From an uncultured Pseudomonadota bacterium (GTDB lineage Bacteria; Vulcanimicrobiota; Vulcanimicrobiia; Eremiobacterales; Eremiobacteraceae), in assembly GCA_963736005.1 (NCBI GenBank), contig CAVTNB010000001.1:1728001-1792000 (forward strand): DNA of 64,000 bases, written 5' to 3'. The notes beneath the pieces were generated by a model. The model had not been told where the DNA came from. It ran no database searches and saw only the letters and a program-made list of their open reading frames with translations. Both the position numbers and the translations under genes were made by a program. Positions 50,008 through 59,843 of the stretch are shown here, in pieces. Position 1 is the stretch's first letter; each line of letters opens with the position of its first letter.

Positions 50008-51881
50008 TGTGGGCGGAATCCAGCGATGTGTCGCAGGATTTTGATGTCATCGTCATTGGGGGTGGACACGCCGGCTGCGAGGCCGCACTAGCCGCTGCAC
50101 GAATCGGCGTGCGCACGCTGTTGCTGAGCGCCAATCTCGACACGATCGGTTTGATGCCGTGCAATCCCTCCATTGGCGGCCCGGCGAAAGGCCAACTCGT
50201 TCGTGAAGTCGACGCGATCGGTGGCGAAATGGCGCGCTGCATCGATCGTACGTATCTCCACTCCCGCTGGCTAAACGAAAGCAAAGGCCCGGCTGTGCGA
50301 ACGCTGCGCGCACAAGCCGACAAGCGCGCGTACGCGCAACGAATGAAAGAAACGGTCGAGTCACAGCGCGGCCTTTGGGTGCTTCAGAGCCTCGTCACGG
50401 ATCTTCTCGTCGAGGCCGACGTCATCGACGGCGTGCGCTTAGCAACTGGCTCGTGCGTGCGCGCGCGTCAGGTCATCATTGCGACTGGAACATTCTTAGG
50501 CGGCAAGTTGTTTGCCGGCGAGAAAGGAATGCCGGGCGGGCGCGCGGGCGAAAAGCCCGCCCTGGGTTTGGGGCTAGCATTGCAGCAGCTTGGCTTTGAA
50601 ATGGGCCGGCTCAAAACTGGCACGCCGCCGCGCATTCACGCGGACAGCATCGACTATTCCAAAACCTTAGAGCAGCCTCCGCATCCAGTGCCGCTCATGT
50701 TCTCGTATTCGAGCGCGCCGCAATTTCCAGGTCCCCAACTCTCTTGCTTCATCACCAACACGAACGAGGCAACACACGAACTGATTCGGGCGAATCTGCA
50801 TCGCTCGCCGATGTATGGGCTGCATCTTATTGAAGGAAAGGGTCCCAGGTACTGTCCCTCTATAGAGGACAAGGTGATGAAGTTCTCCCACAACCCGAGT
50901 CACCAAGTCTTTCTTGAGCCGGAAGGCTGGCATACAAAGGAAGTTTACGTGGGTGGGTTCTCAACCTCGTTGCCCCCAGAGGTGCAACTCGACATGCTGC
51001 ACACATTGCCTGGCTTGGAGCGCGCGGATATGATGCGCTCAGGTTATGCAGTGGAGTATGATTTTGTGAGCCCAACGGAACTCTTCGCGACTCTCGAAAC
51101 AAAGAAAGTGTCGGGACTCTTTCACGCCGGGCAGATCAACGGAACATCGGGTTACGAAGAGGCGGCCGCGCAGGGAATTGTGGCGGGCATCAACGCAGCG
51201 CAACGCGCCCTCGGGCGAGAACAAGTGACGCTTTCGCGATCCTCGTCGTACATCGGCACGCTCGTTGACGACCTTATCACCAAGGGCACGATCGAACCCT
51301 ATCGGATGCTGACCTCCCGAGCAGAGCACCGCTTGTTGCTTCGTCACGACAACGCCGACGAGCGGCTCACACCGGTTGGTCGAAGGGTCGGTCTGGTGGG
51401 CGACGAGCCCTACGAAGCGTTCGGGAAGCGTCAGGAGCTCATGCGTGCGGAGCTTGGGCGCGTTCGGCAAGCACGACTGGACGTCCAGGGTGCCCAACGC
51501 TGGGGCGTCCAAGCTGGAACTCCGCTGGTTGAGATCTTGCGAAGGCCGGAGGTGGCGTATGCAGATGTCGCAGTAGACGATGCTTTTCCGGGCGAGTTGG
51601 GCGACCGGGTGGCCATCTGCGTGAAATATGAGGGGTATATTACGCGCCAAGCCGCGGCAATCGAGCGTCTGGCAAAAGCCGATGATGTGAGAATTCCGGA
51701 TGGCTTTGACTTCGAAAGTTGCCATGGGCTCTCGCGGGAAGCGCGAGAGAAACTGTCGCTACGACGACCGGCAACCCTAGGGCAGGCGAGTCGCATGCAA
51801 GGGATCACGCCATCAGACATAGCGGTGCTTTTCGTGTATGCTCGCAGGGAACAGGCTGGAGCGACTGGCCGCAGCGCGTGA
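50007..51881 (+). CDS. mnmG: tRNA uridine modification enzyme MnmG (GidA); true start may be GTG 50028
   Basis: [56 protein letters not shown]. Confidence 0.98.
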   Translation: MWAESSDVSQDFDVIVIGGGHAGCEAALAAARIGVRTLLLSANLDTIGLMPCNPSIGGPAKGQLVREVDAIGGEMARCIDRTYLHSRWLNESKGPAVRTLRAQADKRAYAQRMKETVESQRGLWVLQSLVTDLLVEADVIDGVRLATGSCVRARQVIIATGTFLGGKLFAGEKGMPGGRAGEKPALGLGLALQQLGFEMGRLKTGTPPRIHADSIDYSKTLEQPPHPVPLMFSYSSAPQFPGPQLSCFITNTNEATHELIRANLHRSPMYGLHLIEGKGPRYCPSIEDKVMKFSHNPSHQVFLEPEGWHTKEVYVGGFSTSLPPEVQLDMLHTLPGLERADMMRSGYAVEYDFVSPTELFATLETKKVSGLFHAGQINGTSGYEEAAAQGIVAGINAAQRALGREQVTLSRSSSYIGTLVDDLITKGTIEPYRMLTSRAEHRLLLRHDNADERLTPVGRRVGLVGDEPYEAFGKRQELMRAELGRVRQARLDVQGAQRWGVQAGTPLVEILRRPEVAYADVAVDDAFPGELGDRVAICVKYEGYITRQAAAIERLAKADDVRIPDGFDFESCHGLSREAREKLSLRRPATLGQASRMQGITPSDIAVLFVYARREQAGATGRSA

Positions 51882-52546
51882 TCGAAGATGAAACCAGTTT
51901 GCTCCGAGCTGGGCTTCGGGAGCTCAAGCTTCAGGCGACAAGCGGGATCGTTCCCAAGTTGCTCGACTACGGTCTGTTCCTCTTAGAAGAAAACACCCGA
52001 ACGAACTTAACGGGAGCGCGCTCGTTAGCTAGCTTCATTACTAATCACGTTCTCGACAGCCTAGCTCCATTGTCATTGTTGGATCTTCAAGATCCCGTTA
52101 TCGACCTCGGGAGCGGTGGGGGATTGCCAGGCATTCCGGCGGCGATCGCCTATCCGGGCCACCATTTCGTCCTGATAGAACCGCGAGCCAAGCGCGTCAG
52201 GTTCCTAAAGATGGCAATAGAACGGCTTGAACTATACAATGTAGTAGCCGTGAAGGCATCAGCCCGGGGGCCAGGCGCGGCGCACTTTCGCGCGGTGTCT
52301 GGAACGGTCTTAATTCGTGCCCTTGCACCGCCGACGTTGGCCTTGGAACTGGGATTGGAGCTACTGCGTCCGGGCGGTACGCTGCTTCTCTACGAAGGCC
52401 GGTCCTCGCACCCCACCAATGCGCAGAAAAAGACCGCTGCGAGGCTAGGCGCAGGGGAAATTATGGTGAAACGAGTTCGCGTGCCTGGTTTGATGGCTGC
52501 CCGCCACGCCTGGATTATCAAGCGGGCGAAGAGCTCTCTCCGCTAG
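51878..52546 (+). CDS. rsmG: 16S rRNA m7G methyltransferase RsmG (GidB)
   Basis: [36 protein letters not shown] overlap with mnmG. Confidence 0.93.
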   Translation: MIEDETSLLRAGLRELKLQATSGIVPKLLDYGLFLLEENTRTNLTGARSLASFITNHVLDSLAPLSLLDLQDPVIDLGSGGGLPGIPAAIAYPGHHFVLIEPRAKRVRFLKMAIERLELYNVVAVKASARGPGAAHFRAVSGTVLIRALAPPTLALELGLELLRPGGTLLLYEGRSSHPTNAQKKTAARLGAGEIMVKRVRVPGLMAARHAWIIKRAKSSLR

Positions 52547-52979
52547 ATTGCGTCGTTCTGGTTTGGGCGAGGCCTAAAGCAAGGTGCTCGAGTAGCTCGA
52601 TGGGAGGCTTGCGAAAACGTTGCTTGAGAAACACCATCTCGCGCCAAATGTTGAAGCACGATGCCTTCTTGCCCGCCATTGGAAAGCGATCAAAGTGCGC
52701 GACAATGTTTGTGAGTTCACGAGCCTTGGTTACTCTAAAGTACGAGCCAGCCGTTCGATCCTTTCCGGGGAAACGAGGTTTGACATTATAAATCGATCCG
52801 ATCCCGCCAAAGAAGCTCTGGAGTCGACGCAGCACGGGAAGGTCGGCAGCCTCACGTTTGACGGCGAAATAAAGCGCCGGCACACGGCCAGACCGGCTGA
52901 ACGTGAAGGTTGCCTGAGCTTCGCAAAAGCCCGTCACATACCAGGGGTCGGGAAAATGTTTCACGGGAAACTGTTCCAC
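52518..52979 (-). CDS. Free-standing single-motif LAGLIDADG homing-endonuclease-fold protein, probably catalytically altered
   Basis: PWYVTGFCEAQATF (cf. PWFITGFxDAEGSF), DLPVLRRLQSFFGGIGSIY, FRV...L..IVAHFDRFPM..KK...F.IW. Confidence 0.8.
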   Translation of the reverse strand: MEQFPVKHFPDPWYVTGFCEAQATFTFSRSGRVPALYFAVKREAADLPVLRRLQSFFGGIGSIYNVKPRFPGKDRTAGSYFRVTKARELTNIVAHFDRFPMAGKKASCFNIWREMVFLKQRFRKPPIELLEHLALGLAQTRTTQSSGESSSPA

Positions 52980-52987
52980 ATGGAACA
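52957..52987. promoter_or_regulatory. Two tandem parS (ParB-loading) sites
   Basis: TGTTTCACGGGAAACT (52957-52972) and TGTTCCACATGGAACA (52972-52987) versus consensus TGTTTCACGTGAAACA; about 1.4 kb upstream of parAB. Confidence 0.85.
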
Positions 52988-53017
52988 GTTACAATCCTCA
53001 CAGGCGACAAGTCTCGG

Positions 53018-54400
53018 GTGAAATCCAACAAGCCCCTCGACGATCTGCTCGTGTCAACGCTTGGCCCGGGCCATGTCTTTTCCGTTGGTGGCCGCGTCCG
53101 GGACGAGGTGCTGTCTAGTCTCGGGCGACCACAGCCGGACTCGCCCGATCTCGATTACCTAGTCATTGGCGTCCCGTATGACGAAATAGTACATAGGTTG
53201 ACTAAGATAGGCTCTAGCGAGCTTGTCGGTGCGTCGTTCGGGGTCATCAAGTTCACTCGAGATGGCCGCACCGTTGACATCGCGCTTCCCAGACGTGAAC
53301 GGTCGACCGGCACTCACCATCGCGATTTTTTGATAGAGTTTTCGCCAGACATCCCCTTGGAAGACGATCTAAGCCGCCGAGATTTCCGCGTCAACATGAT
53401 GGCGCGCAACCTCGCGACGGGTAACCTGGTCGATCCGTTCGGCGGCGCCGATGATGTGCGCAACGCTCGACTGGCGATTCTCCGGGATGAGGCATTCGTG
53501 GAAGATCCTCTGCGCATCTTACGCGGCGCACAGTTCTCGGCTCGCTTCGACCTCGAGGCAACGCCCCAAACGCTTTCCGCCATGCGCGCCGCGGCGAATT
53601 TGACGAACACCATTGCGCCAGAGCGTGTTGCAGACGAGCTCATCAAACTCCTCACCAAATCCGCGAGACCGAGCGTGGGCTTCGAATTGTTGCGGGCGGT
53701 CGGCGCCCTCTCGCAAGTCATGCCCGAGCTCTTGGAAGGCTGGGGCGTGGAGCAAAACGAGTTTCATCGCTATACCGTGTACTATCACGCGTTGCGCTCG
53801 TGCGACGAAGCGCCTCCCGAGCTTGCCGTGCGCCTTGCCGCGCTCTTGCACGATGTCGGCAAGCCGCGAACAAAATCGGGCCCGCATTTTTATCGCCACG
53901 AGATCGTCGGCGAAGACATGGCGCGCACGATGTTGACGAGGCTGCGGTTTCCAACGGAGGTGGTGCAGACCGTAACGCAACTCATCAGACACCACATGTT
54001 TGCATCTGACGATTCGCTAACCGACGCGGCAGTCCGGCGCTTTATTCATCGCGTTGGCGCCGACCTAGTGGAGCAGCTCTTCGCTTTGAGGCGAGCGGAT
54101 ATTGTGGCATCGGGCTTGCCCGAACGCAACCCAGCCGAACTCGACCGATTCGCCGGACGAGTGAAGATGGAGCTCTCGGGGCCGAGCGCTTTGAGCATGA
54201 ATGACTTGGCCATCGACGGCGGCGCGGTCATCAGCATCATGCGCGAGCTCGGGCTTGCGGGCAAAGAGTTCCGCGGGGACGCCAGGGTTGGGGCCGCGTT
54301 GCGCGCATGCTTAGATGCCGTTCTTGAAAATCCCAAGAAAAACACCGTCGAAGATCTGCGCAAAGTTGCGCGGAATTTTCTCATGCACAAGGAAAGTTAG
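53018..54400 (+). CDS. cca: Class II tRNA nucleotidyltransferase (CCA-adding/poly(A) polymerase family) with HD domain
   Basis: VGGRVRD, DLD, RRDFRVN, EDPLRILR, LLHDVGKP; GTG 53018. Confidence 0.85.
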   Translation: MKSNKPLDDLLVSTLGPGHVFSVGGRVRDEVLSSLGRPQPDSPDLDYLVIGVPYDEIVHRLTKIGSSELVGASFGVIKFTRDGRTVDIALPRRERSTGTHHRDFLIEFSPDIPLEDDLSRRDFRVNMMARNLATGNLVDPFGGADDVRNARLAILRDEAFVEDPLRILRGAQFSARFDLEATPQTLSAMRAAANLTNTIAPERVADELIKLLTKSARPSVGFELLRAVGALSQVMPELLEGWGVEQNEFHRYTVYYHALRSCDEAPPELAVRLAALLHDVGKPRTKSGPHFYRHEIVGEDMARTMLTRLRFPTEVVQTVTQLIRHHMFASDDSLTDAAVRRFIHRVGADLVEQLFALRRADIVASGLPERNPAELDRFAGRVKMELSGPSALSMNDLAIDGGAVISIMRELGLAGKEFRGDARVGAALRACLDAVLENPKKNTVEDLRKVARNFLMHKES

Positions 54401-54405
54401 GTCTC

Positions 54406-55236
54406 ATGATGCACCGAAATGGCGGCACGGCGGTCGCGGGGAGCGCGGAGCTCGATGCTTCGCAACACCTGCGCCGCGCCCGGGTCGTTGCCATTACGAA
54501 TCAGAAGGGCGGCGTTGGCAAGACGACCACGGCGATTAACCTGAGCGCCGAACTTGCGCGGCGAGGCAAGCGGGTGCTCCTCGTAGACATCGATCCGCAA
54601 GGCAACGCCACGACGGGAATAGGCATCGAAAAGTCGTCCGTGCAGAGCTGCATGTACGACGTTATCCTCAAATCCAAAGAGCTGCACGAGGTCGTGCGAG
54701 AAACAGCCGTGAGCGGCTTGTGGGTCGCGCCCTCAACCTTGAATCTCGCCGGGGCCGAAATCGAACTCGTGTCTGCGATGTCGCGCGAGCTGCGGCTGCG
54801 CACCGCACTTGCGTCAAGTTTGGATCGCTACGATCACGTCTTCATCGACTGTCCGCCCTCGCTTGGTCTCTTAACCCTCAACGCCATGAGCGCCGCCGAT
54901 TGCCTCATCGTTCCCATTCAGGCTGAGTATTTCGCGCTCGAAGGTCTCGGCCAGTTGACGCACGTCATCGGTCTCGTCCACCAACACCTCAATCCGAACG
55001 TTCGCATCTTAGGCGTGCTCATCACGATGTTCGACGGACGAACGAACCTTGCGGCCCAGGTGGTTGAAGAAGTCGAGCGATATTTTCCTGGTTTGGTGTT
55101 TGCAACGCGCGTGCCGCGCAGCGTTCGCCTTTCGGAAGCGCCGTCGCATGGCGCACCTATCACGCTGTTCGATCCTAAAGGCAAAGGCGCCGCAGCCTAT
55201 GCCGCGCTTGCGCAGGAGGTTCTCGCTCGTGAATAA
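54406..55236 (+). CDS. parA: Chromosome partitioning ATPase ParA/Soj
   Basis: NQKGGVGKTTT, DPQGNAT, DCPPSLG, QAEYFALEG, RLSEAPSHG. Confidence 0.96.
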   Translation: MMHRNGGTAVAGSAELDASQHLRRARVVAITNQKGGVGKTTTAINLSAELARRGKRVLLVDIDPQGNATTGIGIEKSSVQSCMYDVILKSKELHEVVRETAVSGLWVAPSTLNLAGAEIELVSAMSRELRLRTALASSLDRYDHVFIDCPPSLGLLTLNAMSAADCLIVPIQAEYFALEGLGQLTHVIGLVHQHLNPNVRILGVLITMFDGRTNLAAQVVEEVERYFPGLVFATRVPRSVRLSEAPSHGAPITLFDPKGKGAAAYAALAQEVLARE

Positions 55237-56113
55237 ACCACGTGGACTTGGTCGCGGTTTGGGCGCATTGTTCCCTGGCGTTGCCTCGCCGAGTGTTCTC
55301 ACCCAGACTGCTTCGGGCACGCAGCTTTTCGAGATCGAGATTGAGAAAATCAAGCCGAACCCGCAGCAGCCGCGCCGCAACTTCGACGAAGAATCATTGA
55401 CCACGCTGGCACAGTCGATTACGGCGCACGGTTTGCTTGCGCCGATCATCGTGCGCCGGCATCCTGACCTCAGAGAGAGCTACGAAATTATTACCGGCGA
55501 GCGACGCTGGCGTGCAGCTCGCCTTGCCGGCCTGCGTACAATTGCGGCAATTGTGCGTGAAGCGCGAGCGGGCGAGGCGATCGAACTCGCGATTCTCGAA
55601 AACGTGCAGCGGGCGGATCTCAATCCGATAGAAGAAGCCTCGGGCTACCGTCAACTCATCGAGGAACACGACTTTACGCAGGAGACCGTCGCACAGCGAA
55701 TTGGCAAGAGCCGGCCGACCATCACCAATGCGCTTCGTCTGCTGACGTTGCCTGATGGGGTGCAAGCGCTCGTGCGCGATGGCAAACTCTCCGCGGGTCA
55801 CGCGCGGGCATTGGCGGCAATGCCGCACGCGCGAGCGCAAGAGCTAGCGAACCTTGCTGTCCGACAAGGTTTGAGCGTCCGCGAGCTCGAGCGGATGAGC
55901 GCCGCGCGGGAGAGCAAGAAAACTGCGCAGGGGGTACGACATGCGGCACTCCCGCCCGACGTCGCCGAAGCCGAAAACCGCCTGCGCTTCGCCCTGGCGA
56001 CGCGCGTCTCGCTGCACCCGCGAGCCGCTGGCGGAGGCACGATCGAAATCCAGTATGCGGACGACGGGGAGCTCACGCGCATCCTCGATCGAGTCGCTCC
56101 ACAAGAATACTAG
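55229..56113 (+). CDS. parB: Chromosome partitioning CTPase ParB/Spo0J
   Basis: GLGRGLGAL, NPQQPR, GERRWRA, ENVQRADLNPIEEA, KSRPTITN.LRLL, GHARAL; GTG 55229. Confidence 0.97.
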   Translation: MNKPRGLGRGLGALFPGVASPSVLTQTASGTQLFEIEIEKIKPNPQQPRRNFDEESLTTLAQSITAHGLLAPIIVRRHPDLRESYEIITGERRWRAARLAGLRTIAAIVREARAGEAIELAILENVQRADLNPIEEASGYRQLIEEHDFTQETVAQRIGKSRPTITNALRLLTLPDGVQALVRDGKLSAGHARALAAMPHARAQELANLAVRQGLSVRELERMSAARESKKTAQGVRHAALPPDVAEAENRLRFALATRVSLHPRAAGGGTIEIQYADDGELTRILDRVAPQEY

Positions 56114-56127
56114 CGAAAGGTCGTACG

Positions 56128-57933
56128 ATGAAACGCACTCGGGTGATGGCAGGGGCGATCGCCGCAGTCCTGCTGTCCTCAGTCATGACGGCGGCCGCGC
56201 CGCCGAAATACGCGTCCGTGATCCTGATCTGGCGAGTGCCCGCACCACAAGCGCAAAGCGAGGACGTGCAGGCAGTCGAGGCCGGGCTCGTCGCGGTCAA
56301 CTTCCTTGCCCCGCAGCTGAGCGCCCTGGCCAGGCACCCGGCCGCCAAGGTGACCCTTGCGCTGGACCCGGCGTTCGTCGACGCGCTCGAGCGCGCCGCA
56401 ACTGGTCAGGATGCGATCGCTTTGCTTGCGTCCGGCGCACTAGGCGCTGACGATCCGCGCGCGGCTGAGCTGCTCGCTGTGCTTTCCACGACGGTCGTGC
56501 CCGCAGCGAATTTGCAAGGCGCGCGGGCGGTGACGCGTTTTGTTTCCGATGCCGAGGCGTCGCGGCTTGCGCTCATGGGCGACAGCGCGGCCAGATTTTC
56601 GCACGGCGATGATGCGGATTATGCAGCAACCGCACTGCTGCTCTCGCTCGTCGGCAGCGGGTATGCGCGAGGCCAAGAAGCTCTCCTCAACCGTGACGCG
56701 CTGACGGTGCACGATCTCGCTGCGCTCGCCCCCGAATTCGCGCTGGCATGCAACGACGTGCTTGCACGACTGAAGAAAGCGAGCGCGAGCGGAGCGGTTG
56801 AGTTGGCGGCGCTTCCTGCCTACGAACCAATCGTGCCGCTGGTCATCGATGCGGCCGGTCGAAACGAACGCGTGCCGTTCACAGTTGCGCTCAACGGCGG
56901 CGCGGATGCCGCGGCGGCGGTTGACGAAGGCATGCGCGCTGTTCGTTCGCTCGATCCAACGCACCCTGACCCAGGCCTTGTGTTGCCGAGTGGCGCCTAT
57001 GACGACGAGACGGCCACGTTGCTGCAGTCCCATCGCGCACAATACGGCGTGTTTTCCGAGCGCGTGGTCAAGGCGAGCGTGGGCGCAGCAGCGGCATCCG
57101 TTGCAGATGCGCGCAGCGCCGCATATCGCGCGTACTTGATGGAAACGAGCAAGACCACTACCTTGCCGATCTTTTTCTGCAGCGATTCGGCAAGCACGTC
57201 GATCGATGCGCAGCCGCTGGCCTCGCCAGCTTCGGCAATGGCGGATCGGTTGCAGTCTGTTGTCAAAGCAGCGCTGGACGTGTCGCCAAACGAGAGCGCA
57301 CCGGTCGTCGTTCTGTGTTTGCCGGCAAACGGCTCGATCTTGCACCGTGCGGATCGTGCGTCGGCTCTGGATTTTATCGCAGCCGCGCTTTCAGGCAATA
57401 AATCAAAGGCGCAGACGCCCCATCAATTCTTAAAGGCGCATCCGCCCACGGCCGACACGTACGGTTACGAGGCGGCAAGCGACGTCGGTGGCTTCGATAT
57501 GTGGATGGGTTCCCAAAATCAGATGAGCATGTGGAACGCGCTTTCGGACGCGCGCAGGGCAGCTGGGGGCGACGCCGCTCTTTCAAGTGCGGCAATACGC
57601 GACGCGCTGCTCCGGGCAGAGTCGGGTCGCTGGTTCGCCACGCTCATGCTGCCGCAGCCGCGCTATTTGACCGAAGCAACGCTCGCGCAATTCCGTGCGC
57701 TCATCGCGCAGATCTACCGCGCCGCAAACAAACCGGTGCCAGCCAGCATCGCCCCCGTCAAGCTCAATGCCACTCCTCCATCGAGCACACCGACACCGAC
57801 TGCGACGCGCGCGCCGAGCCCTGCCAGCTCACCCGCGAACGCGAGCGGGGCGAAGCCTAGCAGTTCGCCCCCAAACTTGCCAACTCCAAGTTCAAGTGCA
57901 TCGCCGCTGTTAAGCCCATCCCCGGCGACTTGA
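56128..57933 (+). CDS. Exported GH57-fold protein with degenerate catalytic motifs and Pro/Ser-rich tail
   Basis: Signal peptide; HP..KVTL...P, VEL...PAYEPIVPL, WMG....W..L..AR and AESGRWF resemble GH57 amylopullulanase blocks. Confidence 0.65.
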   Translation: MKRTRVMAGAIAAVLLSSVMTAAAPPKYASVILIWRVPAPQAQSEDVQAVEAGLVAVNFLAPQLSALARHPAAKVTLALDPAFVDALERAATGQDAIALLASGALGADDPRAAELLAVLSTTVVPAANLQGARAVTRFVSDAEASRLALMGDSAARFSHGDDADYAATALLLSLVGSGYARGQEALLNRDALTVHDLAALAPEFALACNDVLARLKKASASGAVELAALPAYEPIVPLVIDAAGRNERVPFTVALNGGADAAAAVDEGMRAVRSLDPTHPDPGLVLPSGAYDDETATLLQSHRAQYGVFSERVVKASVGAAAASVADARSAAYRAYLMETSKTTTLPIFFCSDSASTSIDAQPLASPASAMADRLQSVVKAALDVSPNESAPVVVLCLPANGSILHRADRASALDFIAAALSGNKSKAQTPHQFLKAHPPTADTYGYEAASDVGGFDMWMGSQNQMSMWNALSDARRAAGGDAALSSAAIRDALLRAESGRWFATLMLPQPRYLTEATLAQFRALIAQIYRAANKPVPASIAPVKLNATPPSSTPTPTATRAPSPASSPANASGAKPSSSPPNLPTPSSSASPLLSPSPAT

Positions 57934-57944
57934 CCAAACAGCTG

Positions 57945-57975
57945 TTCTCCACATATGCACAGGGCTTGTGGACAG
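57945..57975. promoter_or_regulatory. Satellite DnaA-box-like cluster
   Basis: TTCTCCACA, ATATGCACA and TGTGGACAG within 31 bp. Confidence 0.55.
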
Positions 57976-58765
57976 AGCTTTAGAGGCCCGTAGAGCTTGG
58001 CGCGGCGCGGTCGTCTGCAGCGTCGGCTCTGTGGATACGACCGGTGGCGCGGGAATCACGATGGATCTCGCGGTGTATCGAACCCACGGGCTAGCAGGGG
58101 TTGCGGTTATCGCCGCGGTGACCGCCCAAAATAGCCGGCGCGTTCTCGAGCTCCAAAGCTTACCGGCTCGTTTTGTGCGGCGCCAACTCGAGGCCGTGTG
58201 GGAGCAAGTTGAACCCAAGGCAGTTTGTATTGGTCTTTTGCCCGATGCTGCCGCGATGCGGGCGGTGGGCTCGTTCTTACGGGGACTCGCGCGACGACCG
58301 GCCATCGTCATCGATCCAGTTATCAAGTCAAGCAGTGGCCACGTGTTCTTGGGTGAACGCGAAGTGCGCGAGCTGCGACGGCTCCTACCCCTTGCAACCC
58401 TTGTGACACCCAACGTGCACGAAGCGGCGACGCTTGCGTCACAGCCTGTAACGACACTGTCGCAAGCCGAATCGGCCGGACGCACGCTTGCGAAATTCGG
58501 ATGCGCCGTGCTTGTGACCGGCGGTCATCTCCCGAACAAGACCTGCATTGACATCCTCGTCCACCGCCAAGGCGTGCATCGATATGCCGGCTCGCGCATC
58601 AAGCGAACGATGCGCGGTTCGGGAGGAATCTTGGCGGCTGCGATCGCCGCCTCGCTCGCGCGCGGTGTGTCGCTGCAGCGTTCGATTGCTCTCGGCCGCG
58701 CGTTTGTGCGCCGTGCCTTTCGTCGCGCCGTGCCGCTGGGGAGCGGCTTGCCCCAGAACCTTTGA
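57968..58765 (+). CDS. thiD: Hydroxymethylpyrimidine/phosphomethylpyrimidine kinase-like protein
   Basis: D..GGAGI..DL, AVTAQNS, IDPV..SSG, TPN.HEA, VTGGH; start uncertain. Confidence 0.82.
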   Translation: MDRALEARRAWRGAVVCSVGSVDTTGGAGITMDLAVYRTHGLAGVAVIAAVTAQNSRRVLELQSLPARFVRRQLEAVWEQVEPKAVCIGLLPDAAAMRAVGSFLRGLARRPAIVIDPVIKSSSGHVFLGEREVRELRRLLPLATLVTPNVHEAATLASQPVTTLSQAESAGRTLAKFGCAVLVTGGHLPNKTCIDILVHRQGVHRYAGSRIKRTMRGSGGILAAAIAASLARGVSLQRSIALGRAFVRRAFRRAVPLGSGLPQNL

Positions 58766-58823
58766 CGCAGGACTTGCGCGGCTGAAACGGTCAAGTGAGC
58801 GCAACGCTACGGAGGATCTGATT

Positions 58824-59843
58824 TTGGCCGTCGCCCAACCTAAAGAGGTTTTGGAACCGCAAGCAAAGCGTCGTCGAATCATGGCCGGCATGCGCCCCAC
58901 CGGAAAAGTGCACGTCGGCCACCTGCTGGGCGCACTGAACAACTTCGTCGAGCTGAGCAAGACCGGAGACTGCTTCTATGAAATTGCCGACCTGCACGCG
59001 CTCACGACCAAATTCCATCGCAGCGCTGAGATCGCTGGCGACGTGCGCGAGATGGTCATCGATTGGCTCGCCGCGGGTCTCGACCCGCAAGCATGCACGA
59101 TCTACGTTCAATCCCGCATTCCAGAAATCAGCGAACTGGGCGTGCTGCTCTCCATGATCACCCCGGTCTCATGGTTGGAACGAGTGCCGACCTACAAGGA
59201 TCAGATCAACGCGCTGGGAGCGGACATCGCGACTCATGGGTTCTTGGGGTATCCCATCTTGCAAACAGTGGACATCGCGATCATGCGGGGCGAGCGCGTG
59301 CCCGTGGGCCAAGACCAAGTGCCGCACCTGGAGCTGTCGCGCGAAATCATCCGCCGCTTCAATCATCTGTACGGCGCGGTGCTCGTCGAACCCGAACCGC
59401 TGCTCTCGCAGACGCCCCTCGTGCCGGGCACCGACGGCCGGAAGATGAGCAAGTCGTACGAGAATGCCATCCTGATCGCCGACGACGAAATCACGACGAT
59501 CGAGAAGATCAAGACGATGTTCACGGATCCGCAAAAGGTGCATAAAACGGATCCCGGGCACCCCGAGACGTGCCCGGTCTTTTTCTTTCAGCGTGCGTTC
59601 AATCGGGCGGCCGCAGACGACATCGCGTCGCGTTGCCGGACCGGCAGACTGGGCTGCGTTGAGGATAAAGCGGACATGGCCAAGCACCTCAACGCGGCAC
59701 TAGCGCCGATTCGCGAACGTCGCAAAAAATTCGCAGCGAATGCGGACCTCATCGAAGAGGTCTTGTATGACGGCACGCAGCGCGCACGCACGGTGGCCCA
59801 AAAGACGCTCAATGACGTCAAGGTGGCGATGCGGTTAGCTTAG
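58824..59843 (+). CDS. trpS: Tryptophan--tRNA ligase
   Basis: GMRPTGKVHVGH, IADLHA, YPILQ..DI, VPVGQDQ..HLE, KMSKS; TTG 58824 with GGAGG SD. Confidence 0.96.
   Translation: MAVAQPKEVLEPQAKRRRIMAGMRPTGKVHVGHLLGALNNFVELSKTGDCFYEIADLHALTTKFHRSAEIAGDVREMVIDWLAAGLDPQACTIYVQSRIPEISELGVLLSMITPVSWLERVPTYKDQINALGADIATHGFLGYPILQTVDIAIMRGERVPVGQDQVPHLELSREIIRRFNHLYGAVLVEPEPLLSQTPLVPGTDGRKMSKSYENAILIADDEITTIEKIKTMFTDPQKVHKTDPGHPETCPVFFFQRAFNRAAADDIASRCRTGRLGCVEDKADMAKHLNAALAPIRERRKKFAANADLIEEVLYDGTQRARTVAQKTLNDVKVAMRLA

Noticed and set aside
52910..53017. N-terminal extension of the CCA enzyme given in the ORF track
   Set aside because: It is the translated parS region (VSRET); GTG 53018 gives a normal N-terminus
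51878..54400. Group I intron or intein hosting the LAGLIDADG ORF
   Set aside because: rsmG and cca are uninterrupted, the ORF is antisense to both, and there is no room for an intron core
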